A stretch of 64,000 bases of DNA from Myxococcota bacterium (GTDB lineage Bacteria > Myxococcota_A > SURF-8), in NCBI GenBank assembly GCA_963674735.2, contig CAXXQS010000001.1, positions 1,984,001-2,048,000 of the forward strand, given 5' to 3'. Under the pieces are notes generated by a model. That model was given only the letters and a program-made list of their open reading frames with translations, made no database searches and had not been told where the DNA came from. The translations under genes and the position numbers were made by a program. Below are positions 50,128 to 61,882 of this stretch, one piece after another. Position 1 is the stretch's first letter, and each line of letters begins with the position of its first letter.

Positions 50128-50465
50128 AAAATCAGCGCTTGAGACGAAAAAGCCAATGATTTCAAGGGAATATTTCGATGGTTGCAATCGGTTAGCGAGT
50201 GCAATCATCAAACTATCGCTGTAGCCACTCGAAATATCCGGTGATTCTGTACCGTTACAGGTTGACAACCTTTAGAGGGTTTTCGACGCCGAGTTGCACG
50301 GGCTCCACCAATTTTTCAGCATCGAACCCGCTCTCTGTTAGATCAGGGAGGCGGGTTTCGTGTTTCTGGAGTGGTCTATATCTGCTTGAATATCAAAGGG
50401 ATTTCGCTTTCAGTCGCCGACAAAGCAACCAACCCAGAACGGACAGCGCAACCACACATCCCGCC
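50128..50465 (+). repeat. ~335-bp non-coding att-like junction, copy A
   Basis: Direct repeat of 52837-53172. Contains palindromes, a CTCCACCA core (50303-50310) and a downstream hairpin. Confidence 0.88.
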
Positions 50466-51073
50466 TATCATCGGCCAATTCTCGGCGGTTCTTTCTCTGT
50501 TTCTCTGAAATTTCGCTCCGTAGAAGACTCATTGAGGCCGGAGAATGGCCAGTCCTGCCTGTCCAAAAATCTACCGATGAAAACGACCCCGAATTGCCCT
50601 GATTTCATGTCCACAAGCCATGTCCAAAAGCCTGCAACAACCAAATGGTTGTGGACAGTTGTATTTTAGTACGAAAGTCGGTATCCACGGCGGTCGATAA
50701 TAATATCAATACCTTGGAAACCAAGCCGCGTCGCCAGACGCAAAAACAAGCGGCGAGTTTCATGTATTGAGTATACAAAAATTGGGCTTGCGTCAAACCC
50801 GCTGGATTCGTATAATGATCTCGCTCCCTTACAAGGCCACGGTTTATGATCGGGCCCTCGTAGAGGGTATGAAGAATTTTGTCCGCGTTGAAATTACGTG
50901 CTTTTTCGAGACTGTCCCTTAAATCTGCTTTCCTCTTTGAGAGGAATCTCCTTTTCGCCTGAACCAGACCGACTAGACCGCGAAGTTCAGACTTGCCGTT
51001 AAAGGAAACACTCATGAATCGCAAGGAAACCGTGAAATCAATCACCGATGCTGAAAGTGAATGTAGAAGCACC

Positions 51074-52809
51074 ATGCGAATAGTCTTGACGGCGGTTGCC
51101 CTTGTTTCGACGCTGTGCTCGTACGCCCATGCAGATCAGACGATTGAAGCGACCTTCCCAGCGCACATGTCCGAACCGGAACACGTAGAAACACTTTTGG
51201 AACCACTCGACATCGAGGGGATACTGAAGGCGGCGGAAACCCGCTCGGGTTGGATTGAGCCATTGCCTGAAGAGGAACTGCCGAGCAGATTTTCCTGGCA
51301 TGACTTTGAGGGCGAAGATTGGATGAGCCCGGTCCGCAGCCAGGGAAGCTGCGGATCCTGCTGGACGTTCGGTGCGCTGGCGGCACTTGAAGGCCATATT
51401 AACCTTGCCATGAACGATTCCGGTTTCGATATGGATCTCTCCGAGCAGTTCATGGTCGCTTGCGGGGCGGGTAGCTGCGCCAGTGGAGGAATGGCGGAGG
51501 AAGTGCTGTTGGATTTGCAGACTGAGGGTATTCCAGATGAAGCCTGTTACCCCTATTTAGCCGAAGAAGGCGAATGCGCGGACACCTGCTCCGATTGGCG
51601 GGACCGGGTAATCAAGATCTATGACTGGTATATCCTGATCAGTCCAACCGAGGAGCAGTTGAAGACCGAGTTGTTGAACGGACCCATGCCGGTCACCATG
51701 CGGGTGGAAGGAAGCTTTCACAGTTACAATTCCGAAAGCGGTGTGTTTGTGGGTAGCGAGACTCCTTGCGGATTTTTGAAAACCAAGTGAACCATGTGGT
51801 CGCGCTTGTCGGTTGGGACGATGACGATGATTGCTGGATCGCTAAAAACAGTTGGGACGACGACTGGGGTGAGAACGGCTACTTCCGCATCAAGCGTGGC
51901 ACTTCGTGCCTGGGCTCGTTTACCGCCAACTGGCTGCGCGTGGACGACACCACCATTCCAGGTAGCGGGCGCACGGCTGCTATTTGCGGTCCCGTGACGG
52001 TCTCTCAGGAGGTGGACGTCGAACAAGGAGAAACAAGCGAGAATGCAGTCGAGATCACGTTGACCAACTGCGGTAATGTGTCCACACCTTGGTCCGTGCT
52101 TGAAGATGCCCGGGAATGGGCCCAGTGGCTGTCGATTTCGCCGCTCGAGGGAACGCTGGAGGCGGGAGCGAGCGAAACGGTGTCCGTAACGGTTCTGGGC
52201 GACGGCAAAGAATTGGGCAATTACCAGCTTCACCTCGATTTCGAGCCCCTGAAAACTGGCGAAGCCTACGGCTTCGACTTGACCGTGAACATCATGGAAG
52301 AACAGCCGGATGGCGACATGGATGAAGACGGCGATGCCGAAAGCGAAACCGATGCTGAAGCCGCCTGTATCGAAGAAGGTGGAAGTATTGCGGTGATCCC
52401 TGGTGGACCTTCCTGCTGCGAGGGTCTCTCGGCGATCGGCTGCGACAGCCCGCAGGATGACGGATCTTGCCCCATGGGTTGCGAGGGATCGGTCTTCTGT
52501 GCCAACTGCGGAAACGATATCTGTGGACCGGGAGAGAACAATTGCAATTGTCCCGAGGACTGCACCGCCCCAACGGACGGAGACGGTGAGACCGATGACG
52601 CTATCACACCCGATGGGGACACGGTTCCCGATGGGGATAGTTTTTCTGACTCTGACAGCGATGGAATCCCGGACAAAGACAAGGAAAGCCTTGGCAGCGG
52701 GGATGGAAGTTGTCGTAGCGCAGGCAGCCCAGGCGGCGTGCTGTTTTCGTTGTGGCTGCTCGGTTGCCTGCTCGTCTGTCGTCGCATGAGATTCGCCCAA
52801 GGTCGATAG
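51074..52809 (+). pseudogene. Papain-like C1A cysteine protease with Ig-like and Cys-rich domains and MYXO-CTERM-like tail; frameshift at the T5 run near 51773-51777
   Basis: QGSCGSCWTF and LSEQFMVAC in the first frame; [13 protein letters not shown] and WGENGYFRI in the second. Adding one T restores the frame. Confidence 0.85.
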
Positions 52810-52836
52810 TTCCGACCTTCTATCCCTGTTACGGGA

Positions 52837-53172
52837 AAAATCGGCGCGTAAAACGAAAAAACCAATAATTTCAAGAGAACATTTCGATGGTTGCAATCGG
52901 TTAGCGAGTGCAACCATCAAACCCTCGCTGTAGCCACTCGAAATATCCGGTGATTCTGTACAGTTACAGGTTGACAACCTTTAGAGGGTTTTCGACGCCG
53001 AGTTGCACGCCCTCCACCAATTATCACGAAACAAACTTGCTCTCCGCAGAAGCGGCGAGCTTGTTTCGTTTTATGGGAGCGTGCTATATCTGCTTAATAT
53101 CAAAGGCTTTTCGTCGCTATGCACTTCCCGAGCAACTTACCCGAATCGGACAGCGCAGCCAGACATCCCGCC
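52837..53172 (+). repeat. ~335-bp non-coding att-like junction, copy B
   Basis: 2709 bp downstream of copy A. CTCCACCA at 53012-53019. The right end CATCCCGCC coincides with the hsdS truncation. Confidence 0.88.
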
Positions 53173-53562
53173 CATAGCTTGCATACTGGGCGATACTAAG
53201 CTGTACCGTAGGAACCTGCTATTAAGGTGGTTTTCATTGGGGCGGATTATTGCCACATGTTGATTGACCCTAGCTGGCAGAACGGAAGGGGCAACTTGGC
53301 AGCATCGCGCAACGGAATCGCCAGTGATGTTTAACAGCACATCATTGGCCTTCACTTCAACATTGCTAAGCTGGTTTGCATGCTTTGCAGAAATGTAGAC
53401 AAGGCCACTATGATGGAATCCTGAATTATATACGTTTTGACTACGTATTAAGGCAATTTCACCTGCGTCTTTATAGACCTTTGACCCGCCTCTTGGGGTT
53501 GCACCACTACCGATTTTACTGCACACCTCCCATAATTGGACTTTTCGCCACTCAGCCGCCAT
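53173..53562 (-). pseudogene. hsdS: Type I R-M specificity subunit, 5' fragment
   Basis: KIGSGATPRGG, IRSQNV, NDVLLNITG, VNQHVAIIR; cut off at the repeat boundary. Confidence 0.85.
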
Positions 53563-54288
53563 AGCCCAACCCCTTCAAGTTCTTCCGAATCGCCTTTTCC
53601 AGCCGGGCGGATTCCTTGAACTGCTCATCCAATTCGGCGCTCAGGCGAGCCATCTTTTCGGGGAAGGGTTCGCCATCATCCTCGATGGCCTCGGCTCCTA
53701 CGTAGCGTCCCGGTGTCAGCACAAAGCCGTGGGACTGGATCTCCTCCACCGTGGCGCTCTTGCAGAAACCGGGGATGTCTTCGTACTTAGCCGCGCCCTT
53801 GTCCCCGCGCCATGCGTGGTAGGTTCCGGCGATCTTGGCAATATCGTCATCGGTCAGTTCCCGATGCACCCGGTCAATCATGCTACCCATCTTGCGGACG
53901 TCAATGAACAACACCTGCTTTCGGCGGTCACGGAAACGGCCATTCTGCTTGTTCTTGGACACAAACCACAGGCAGACGGGAATCTGCGTGGAATAGAACA
54001 ACTGCCCCGGCATGGCCACCATGCATTCCACCAGATCCGATTCCACCATCTTCTGCCGGATGTCGCCTTCACCACTGGTGTTGGAACTCATGGAGCCGTT
54101 AGCCAGAACGAAACCCGCCATGCCCTTCGGGGACAGATGGTGGATGAAATGCTGTACCCAGGCGAAGTTGGCGTTGTTCTGGGGCGGGATATCGTAGACC
54201 CAGCAGACATCATCCCGCAACTGATCCCCGCCCCAGTCTTTCGAATTGAACGGTGGGTTCGCCAGAATGAAGTCGGCCTTCAGGTCCT
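53552..54288 (-). pseudogene. hsdM: Type I R-M methyltransferase, 3' fragment
   Basis: [40 protein letters not shown]; the 5' part is removed at an IS end. Confidence 0.9.
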
Positions 54289-54852
54289 TGTACATCTTCA
54301 GCGAAAGTGGGACAAATGATGGTTTATTTCTAAGGGAGACTTTGAGCCATTTGTTGTTCGTTCCGGTCCGGGTGGTTTCGGTTCATGATCTTTCGGTTTT
54401 CAAGAGTTCTTCGCTTCAATTCGGCTCGTTTTCGTAAGATCGCCTCCTTTCTGTCGAAATATACGTCATCCGGCGTGACGTTGCCAAGAGCTTCGTGAAC
54501 CCGGCGTTGGTTGTACCAATTCACGAATTCCAGGATTTCGTTTTCGATCTGAATCGGCGTTTCGTGGACGTTCTGGTTGACGTGCTCTTTCAGACTACGG
54601 TGATAGCGCTCGATCTTGCCGTTGGTCTGCGGGTGGTACGGGGCGCCGAAAATGTGGTGAATGCCTTTGATATCCAGATATTCCGCCAACTCACCACTGA
54701 CCAGCGCGCTGCCTCGATCCGACAGGATGCGCGGCTTGGTTTTCATCCTGTCCACACCTGCAAACTCGCAGGCTGCCTCGATCACCTCCGAGAAATCCGG
54801 CACCCGCATGGTGGGCTGCAGCCGCCAGGCCAGGGAGCTTTGCGGCTCCCTA
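54289..54852 (-). mobile_element. IS-A family right part (integrase core C-terminus and right end)
   Basis: LSDRG, APYHPQTNGKIERYHRSLK. End TGTACATCTTCAGCGAAAGTGGGACA resembles the IS-A end at 6876. Confidence 0.85.
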
Positions 54853-56265
54853 CGGACTGGCCTCATAATTGGATTCGACTGTCCGGGAAGATCGTAACTT
54901 TTTCATTTGAATCGTAGCACAAATCACCTTTCCGATCATCCTTTTCGTGGCACACTGGCCGTACCCGTACGAAGGATAGGGCTCCGCTGGAGAGCGACCC
55001 GAGCATCGGATGGGTGGACGACGGAGGGACAGGTTCGTATGCCTGTCCTTTCTTTTTTCTGTCCCTTCGGAGTCCGCTAAAGCGTTAAACTTCAGGGGTT
55101 CGGGGGCAGCGCCCCCGAGAAGAAACGCTGTCGTTCCTCCTGCGGCGTTCGATACTCCAGACCACTGTGCGGACGATACGTATTGTATTTCCTGCGCCAC
55201 ATTTCCGTCTTCACCTGCGCCTCCCGCAAGGTCAGGAAAATCTCCATGTTCAAATGCTCGTCGCGTACCTTCGAATTGAAACTCTCGATGAAACCGTTCT
55301 GCCAGGGACTGCCCGCGTCGATGTGCAAGGTGTCCGTACCGCGCTTGTTGAGCCAGTTTTTCAGTTTTTCGGCGATGAATTCCGGGCCGTTGTCCGAGCG
55401 GATAAACGCCGGATTTCCGTGCTGATTGAATAGATCGTCGAGAATGCAGATCAGATCAGCCGACTTGATGCCACGGCCCACATGTATCGCCAGACCTTCC
55501 CGCGTGTACTCGTCCTCCACCGTTAACAGTTTGATCCGCCTGCCGTTCGAAAGTGAATCGAACATGAAATCGTACGTCCATACGTGGTTCGGACATTCGG
55601 CCTTGACCGGCAGGCCCGCCATCTTCGTTCTCTTTTTCTTGCGCGGCTTTCGCCTCAGAAGGCAAAGTCCAAGTTTACGCCAGACGCGATAAACCCGTTT
55701 CAGGTTGACGACCTCATCCCGGACGATCACACCCCAGGCCCGTCGATACCCGAAGCGCGTCTCGTCTTCTGCAATCGCTTTCAGTCGGACCGCCAGGACC
55801 GAATCGTCACGCGGATGGGCCTTGTAATAGTACGTGGACCGTTGCAGTTTCACCAACGCGGCGCTCCGCCGGACGGACAGACCACGCGAGGCCGCGCGAT
55901 CCACCGCACACCGACGATGCGCCGCCTTCACCAGTTTTTTTCCAACAACTCCTTCGCTACGTCCAGCTCCAGATCCCGTTCTGCAAGAAGCCGTTTCAAG
56001 CGGGCGTTCTCTTTTTCAAGATCTTTAAGCCGCTTTGTCTCCGAAACCGACAGGCCCCCGAATTTTTTGCGCCAGCGATAGAACGACTGTTCCGACACCC
56101 CGTGCTTGCGGCAGATCTCCTGCACCGTCGAGATCTTGCACTCCGCTTCCTTCAAGATCGTCACGATCTGCACGTCCGAAAACCGCTTTCCTTTCATCAG
56201 AATCCCTCCTTGAATCGTTGGAGGATTCTAACACATCAGTTGTCCAGTTTTTGGGGGGCAAGGCA
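54853..56265 (-). mobile_element. Apparently complete IS3-family (IS407-like, IS-B) element: orfA 55928-56197, orfB 55092-55931
   Basis: A7C slippery site at the orfA end, WTYDF, IRSDNGPEF, PWQNGFIESFN. IRL TGCCTTGCCCCCCAAAAACTGGAC; right end approximate. Confidence 0.9.
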
Positions 56266-58318
56266 AATGTTGATTCCGGCGCGTCCCTGCACATCCGCAC
56301 GGCTGCCATAAGAACTCCAAAATTTTCGTGAGCGGCGTGGTAGATAATCATAGGCGAAGCCGGAATATAATTCGTAATTTTGAAGATCCTGGCTGATGCC
56401 CGCCGCAACAATGATGCTGCCGGATTCCGAAAAGGAACGCGACGAACGCCGCAGTTTTTTGAGTGGTGAGGGATATTGGATCCCTTCGCCCCAATCGATA
56501 TCGCCATCGGGATAATCGAATTCGAAATCGCTGTCGCTTACGTCTGTGTCGAATTCCCCCAGTTCGTAATCGTCATCCACCGGCAACACATATTGCGGAT
56601 CATCCATATTTACACCAGCCGAAAATAACGCGATGTTTTGAAAACTGATGCCGTTCCCCGGAATATTGACCGCCACAATGTCGTTGGCTGTGATGGTGCT
56701 GATAAAATCGTGAAACTCCGGCCACACCTCGATCGGACAGGCACCCTGGGCGTCGCCGACGAGCCCGGACACGTAGCAGCCCAGAGGCGCTTCCAGCAGG
56801 AACACCGCCCCGTTTCCCTCCGCGTCGTTGATCAATCGAAGAGCAATGTCGATCCAATCGGCGGTGGACCATACCTGGCCGATGTAATAACGCGAATGTG
56901 GTGCGAAACCCATGCCTCCGGCGTGAATACCGCTGTTATAGTCGGCGGCCATGATGCCCAACACGGGCGTTCCGTGCGAGTATCCAAATTTGTAATTACC
57001 GCCATTGCGGCGATCCGGCGTCACGTATCGCAGGTAGGTCGAATGGAAGGTGGCCAGATCGGGATGTGTCGGGCAGTCAACATCATAATTGCCGCCTTTG
57101 GCGTTCAGGCACCAGTCTTCTTCGACGTATCCGACGGGTACGTTCTCTCCGAGATAGCCCTTGTCCCAGGCGGGCTAGGCGTTCAGGCCACCCGTGGTGC
57201 AGTCACCGTCTCCGCAGATTAAGCCGGGAGGTAACTTGTCGGGAGGCAAGTAATCGGCGTCTCCATCCTGAAGGTCATCGATGGCGAGAGTACGGTCGTA
57301 ATCACCGTCGGTAGAGTAGGTGTCCGACGCAGTCTGAAGCTGATACTCGGTCCAATCGGCGGTTCCAGCCTATTGATAAAAAGAAGAATAATTATCATCT
57401 GGTCTAAAATCAGCGAATGTTAGCCAATCCCATATCGACGTCAATGGGTAATTCTCGTACAGAATATCCGGCCAGCTCGACCGGATAAATGGCGGCATTG
57501 CATGCGCCGTTTCCACACCGGGAAGCGACGTCAGTAAATCGATAACCCTCCGGATCTGCTCGGCGTCCTCGGCGCCTAGCAGCGGCGTGCGTTCGTCCTT
57601 CTTGTCGATCGTCTCCTTCTCGAAAAGGCCTGGAACCGGCGTGACTTCCATCCATTGCGACAAATCCGGAAGGATCCGGCCGCTTCTTTTCTCACCCCGT
57701 TGTTTAAGCTAGGTCAGTTTCTCCGGATCGCCCCAAAGCGGTTTCATGTCGAGTTCGGAATATTCATAATCGAGATAATAGAGCGCCTGTTCGTCGCTGC
57801 ATTTTCCGTTTTCGTCACGAAGTGTGGTGACGCCATCGACTTTCTGAAGATGCACGCCGGCTTTCATCTGCACGTGGATACGGCCGGTTGAGAATTCCAA
57901 GGGGATCGAGGGAGCCCTCCGGATACCCTTGGATTCTTCTTCCGCAGGACCATAGATTCCCCCGGGCAAGCCCGGGGTCCTTACCTTTACGGTTCCGACC
58001 CCACCGCTGCTTAATCGCAACGACGGGGAATGGCTCATTCATCCACGGGCAAGCCCGTGGTATTCTGTCTTCGACCGCATAAAGAACCTGTTGACGTACC
58101 AGACTATCCGACCCGTGATAGGACGGAGCGGAGTTCTCAGTACCTTCCGCCAGTCCGATGCCGAGATCCCGATCGCCGTCGATTCCCACGATCTCTTCAT
58201 CAAGAGCGGGGTTTTCGAACTCTGAAGCCTCTCCGGTAGAAGCAACTGCATGAATTGACAATAACAGAGCGGTACCCCCCACACTCAGCCAACCGAAAAT
58301 ATTTTTTAGTCCTATCAT
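56266..58318 (-). pseudogene. Secreted subtilisin-like S8 peptidase, disrupted
   Basis: Signal peptide, GLNA*PAW..GENVPVGYVE..HPDL, HGTPVLG, FLLEA, PGNG, SSYGSRADV. One frameshift near 58010, three in-frame TAG stops, and IS truncation before the catalytic Ser. Confidence 0.78.
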
Positions 58319-58366
58319 TATCCCTACTTCCCATTGTTATTTATCAGGCTTTGCCAACCAAGACGG

Positions 58367-59897
58367 TTAGCGGATCATCTCCACCGTGATGCGGTTCGAT
58401 TTCGTCCAGATACGATTTTCGTGTCGCCACACACGGTCGAGTTGCAGGATGCGCTGCTGTTGAAAAAGAAAGCCATCGTCGCATATACGCGTAGGTGGAC
58501 TCGACGCACAAGACAGATTTGTTAGAGTTTCGCTCGCTTCACAGGTGGAGTCGTTCCATGTGTCGGACAAGCGCAGGGCTGTCCATACAGTATGGGTGCT
58601 ATAAGGGTAGATAGCGCCTGGCCAATAATTGGCCGTGACGAATATCCCGAGTGGAAACCCAGCCAGTCCGGGCGCCGAACCGGGGATGACGTGTGCGGGA
58701 TAATAGCTTTCGGTGTTCAGCGTTTCCCGACAGGAATTCGTCAGGTCGGGCGTGTCATGAGAGCCGCTTTCGCCCGTCGCCGGGTTGTAGAGGATCGTGC
58801 GGATCAAGCGACCGAAATCACCGGCCGTTTCCGATTTCATGTCCACCTGCGCCAGCCACAGTTCGCCATCCACAACGCCCGTGGCGTAGAGCTCGTCTTC
58901 TCCGTCCGTGTCGCAGCCCTCGAAGGTGACGGCCGTTGCACAGTCCGGCGCGGCCGGGTCGACGGCGTAAAGGCGGCAACCGCCCGGCAGATAGAAGATG
59001 TCGCCGATCCAATAGCCGCTTAAAACCGTGTTCGATTCCATCCCCGGGCAGAAAGCCAATTTCGCCCAGCTCTCCGCAGCCGTATCGTAGAACCCCAGCC
59101 TCCAGTTGCCCCACACAGCGATAGTCGTTCCAGGTCCAACCTGAATGCCGCGCGGCATGGTCAAATCGTTTTCTATATCGTATGGGTCCACGTCGGGAAT
59201 CGAAACGCGGGACCAGGTTCCCCCACGTCGCCGCCAGAGTTTATCTTTAGCTTCCGCCCAAACTTCCATCTCACCTTCAATCAGCCGTCCGTCGACATCG
59301 AATAAATAGTCAGTAATGCCGGGTTCGCAGGTCAAGGTGTCGGTATTTTCATCATAAACCCACAGGGACTCAAAGCTTTCCATCGAAGTGCCGCCGGTAA
59401 GACCGACGAAATAGATTTTACCTGTTCCGTCTCCCCATACGCTGACGAAGATCCTATTGTAGAAGGGTGATTCTGAACAGGGAACGATGGTTGGTCGTGG
59501 CAAAAGGGAAGGGCTCCGTAATAATTTGAAACTTGGTTGGTTCTTCGGCCTCCGGTTCAAACTCAAGTTCCGGCTCCCATTCAAACTCGGGCTCGGTTTC
59601 GACTTCTATTTCGGCTTCGATTTCCGCCTCAACCTCGGCTTCCGGTTCGGTTTCCGGTTCCAGTCCCAGTTCCAGTTCCAGTTCCAGTTCGGCATCGGAC
59701 TCGGACTCATCGAGATCGCCATCGTTAGGTATGAAATCGACGTCGAGATCCGCCGGGGGGAGCTCCGGATCCAAATCTACATCGCCGGTGGAAGAACTGT
59801 TAGCATCCCCGTCACCGCTAAAAGCCAGGTTGCCGGATGATTGGCAGCCGCCGAGAAGTGCGAGAATGAACGAGCAGATAAGAATCGTCGCGTTCAT
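58367..59897 (-). pseudogene. Lipoprotein with Asp/Glu-rich linker and beta-rich domain; frameshift near 59500
   Basis: Lipobox LGGC, DGD and (EL/EP/EA)n linker in ORF 59454-59942, continuing as LPRPTIVPC...SVWGDG in ORF 58367-59584. Confidence 0.7.
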
Positions 59898-60582
59898 TAG
59901 AAGACCTCCGTCAGGCGAGGGAAAAACGCCTTTCGTCCACACGGCACGGGCAGTCGTTCATGTGCACACTTGTCGATCAAAAGGAATGATTGCACATCAA
60001 AACCAGGGTATCGTTTCACCTCGCTGTTTGTCATCATAACAATTCGGATGGATAGTATTATTACGAATGCTACCCTATTCAAGTGTTGCCAGTGTATTTC
60101 ATCGTGCCCTTCGAATGAACGACTGACGCTGAATCCAGAGTTCAGATGAGCAGGCACAAAAAGAGAAGCTCCCGACAAATGAAGATGTACCGAAATCCAG
60201 TTATGTTGCAACGATTCTCGCCTGCCTGGGTCTTATAGAACGAGTGCCGGATGATGTTGCCTTGCCGAACTGGCCTTGAAAAGCACAATCCGAGTTCATA
60301 CAGCAGCGATCGGTCGCAGGCTTACGCTTCACCAAGCATCTACCCATGCTTAATAGTCAGAATAATACAAATATTATTTACAACATAGCTAGCCAGCAAC
60401 GGCAAATAACAACGGTTACTCAGTAAAAACACCAGTTTTCAATACTATCATTGACGTACAGTTGCAATTTAGCCGATTCGAATTATTCTTTCTCACTTGT
60501 AGCTGTTGTCATTGTCATGTGGCAATATCTATTCGAGCATTATATCGTAATGATCCTGCTGCTTGTGATGTATACTGAATGC

Positions 60583-61618
60583 ATGACAAACGAGAATCTG
60601 CATTTATCTGGGAAAGAATTGTACGATCCTCGCAAACGTGCCGTGCGAATGAAAAGAAACGGGCATACGCATGCCGCCGTGGCCGAAGCGTTCGGCGTTG
60701 GGGACTCCACCGTACGGAAATGGTGGGCGCTTTTCAAAAAAATAGGAGGCTTCAAGGCGCTGTATCCTCCCAAACGCGGACGAAAAGAAGGCCAGCATCG
60801 TTGTCTGACAACCGAGCAGGAGCATGAAACACGTCGACTGATTACCCAGAAGAGTCCGGATCAGTTGAAACTGGGTTTCGCCCTGTGGACACGGCGGGCG
60901 GTGGTGGAGTTGATCCGGGAACACTTTGGCATGACGATCTCCATCCACTCTGTAGGGCGCTATCTGAAACGCTGGGGATTCACACCGCAAAAGCCTCTGA
61001 AGTGAGCTTACGAGCAGAATCCCAAAGCCGTAAAGCGCTGGTTGGACGAAGCGTATCCGGCGATTTACGAGCGGGCGAAGCAGGAAAGGGCCGAGATTCA
61101 CTGGGCGGACGAGATGGAACTTCGTTCCGATAGTCAACACGGACGCAGCTATGCGCCGAAAGGGAAAACACCGGTGATCCGGCTAAACGCCAGGCGCAAG
61201 TCGGCTTCTCTGATCTCAACGGTAACGAATCAAGGCAAGGTACGTTTCATGATTTACAGTGGCGCCATGAACGCCCAGCGTCTTATCAAATTCTTCAGGT
61301 GCCTGATCAAAGACGCGGGGCGCAAGGTCTTTGCCATACTGGACAATCTGCGTGTGTATCACTCTAAACGGGTGAAGCAGTGGCTTGCGAAGCATGAAAG
61401 CCAGATCGAGATTTTCCACCTGCCGTCGTATTCGCCAGAATTGAATCCGGATGAATTGCTCAATTGCGACCTGAAAGCGGGTGTACATTCGAGCGCTCCG
61501 GCCAGAAACGAGAAGCGACTGAAGATGAAGATATTGTCACACATGAGAGTGCTGTAAAAAAACACCATCGAGAGTGTGTAAATACTTCAAGCATGACAAG
61601 GTAAAATATGCGGCGTAA
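60583..61618 (+). mobile_element. IS630-family transposase pseudogene
   Basis: HTH, LWTRRAV, WGFTPQKP, WADE, ILDNLRVYH, LPSYSPELNPDE; stops at 61003 and 61555. Confidence 0.9.
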
Positions 61619-61651
61619 TGCGCTAACTTATTTCGCTCGGGTTAATAATAC

Positions 61652-61812
61652 TAAGCGGTTCTTTGGCAGATTCTCTCGAATCGAAATTATCGGCCTCAAG
61701 GGCGGCGGCGAAATCGGGATCGACCTCCGCATCATCCGGCCCAGGCTGGCACACCGAACAAAGCGAGAGGAAGCACCAGCAAGCTTCCCCACACGATCAT
61801 TGTCAATCGCAT
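61652..61812 (-). pseudogene. 5' remnant of an exported-protein gene truncated by IS630
   Basis: RBS GGGGAG and signal peptide MRLTMIVWGSLLVLPLALFGVPAWA, then in a shifted frame DDAEVDPDFAAALEAD up to the IS end. Confidence 0.55.
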
Positions 61813-61882
61813 AGCAATTACTCCCCAAATTGAGGTTTCATGAAAACTGGCAGTCAACGCCAGCGTTGTGAAAACTGAAGAA

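Noticed and set aside
50270-50310. Complete tRNA or tmRNA gene at the CTCCACCA cores (also 41203 and 53012)
   Set aside because: No matching 5' acceptor strand, D-arm or anticodon arm could be folded; only 3'-end-like fragments are present.
51724-52977. 417-aa minus-strand ORF
   Set aside because: Antisense to the C1A protease, whose catalytic motifs are on the plus strand.
50128-53172. Classical integron with attC sites
   Set aside because: No intI in the window, the repeats are much longer than typical attC sites, and paired RYYYAAC/GTTRRRY boxes were not identified. Kept only as an analogy.
50199-53177. Similar ORFs 50199-50669 and 52908-53177 as a duplicated protein family
   Set aside because: They arise from the non-coding repeat, start at GTG without an RBS, and diverge right after the CTCCACCA core.
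53137-54295. Functional type I R-M defence system
   Set aside because: hsdM lacks its 5' part, hsdS lacks its 3' part, and there is no hsdR.
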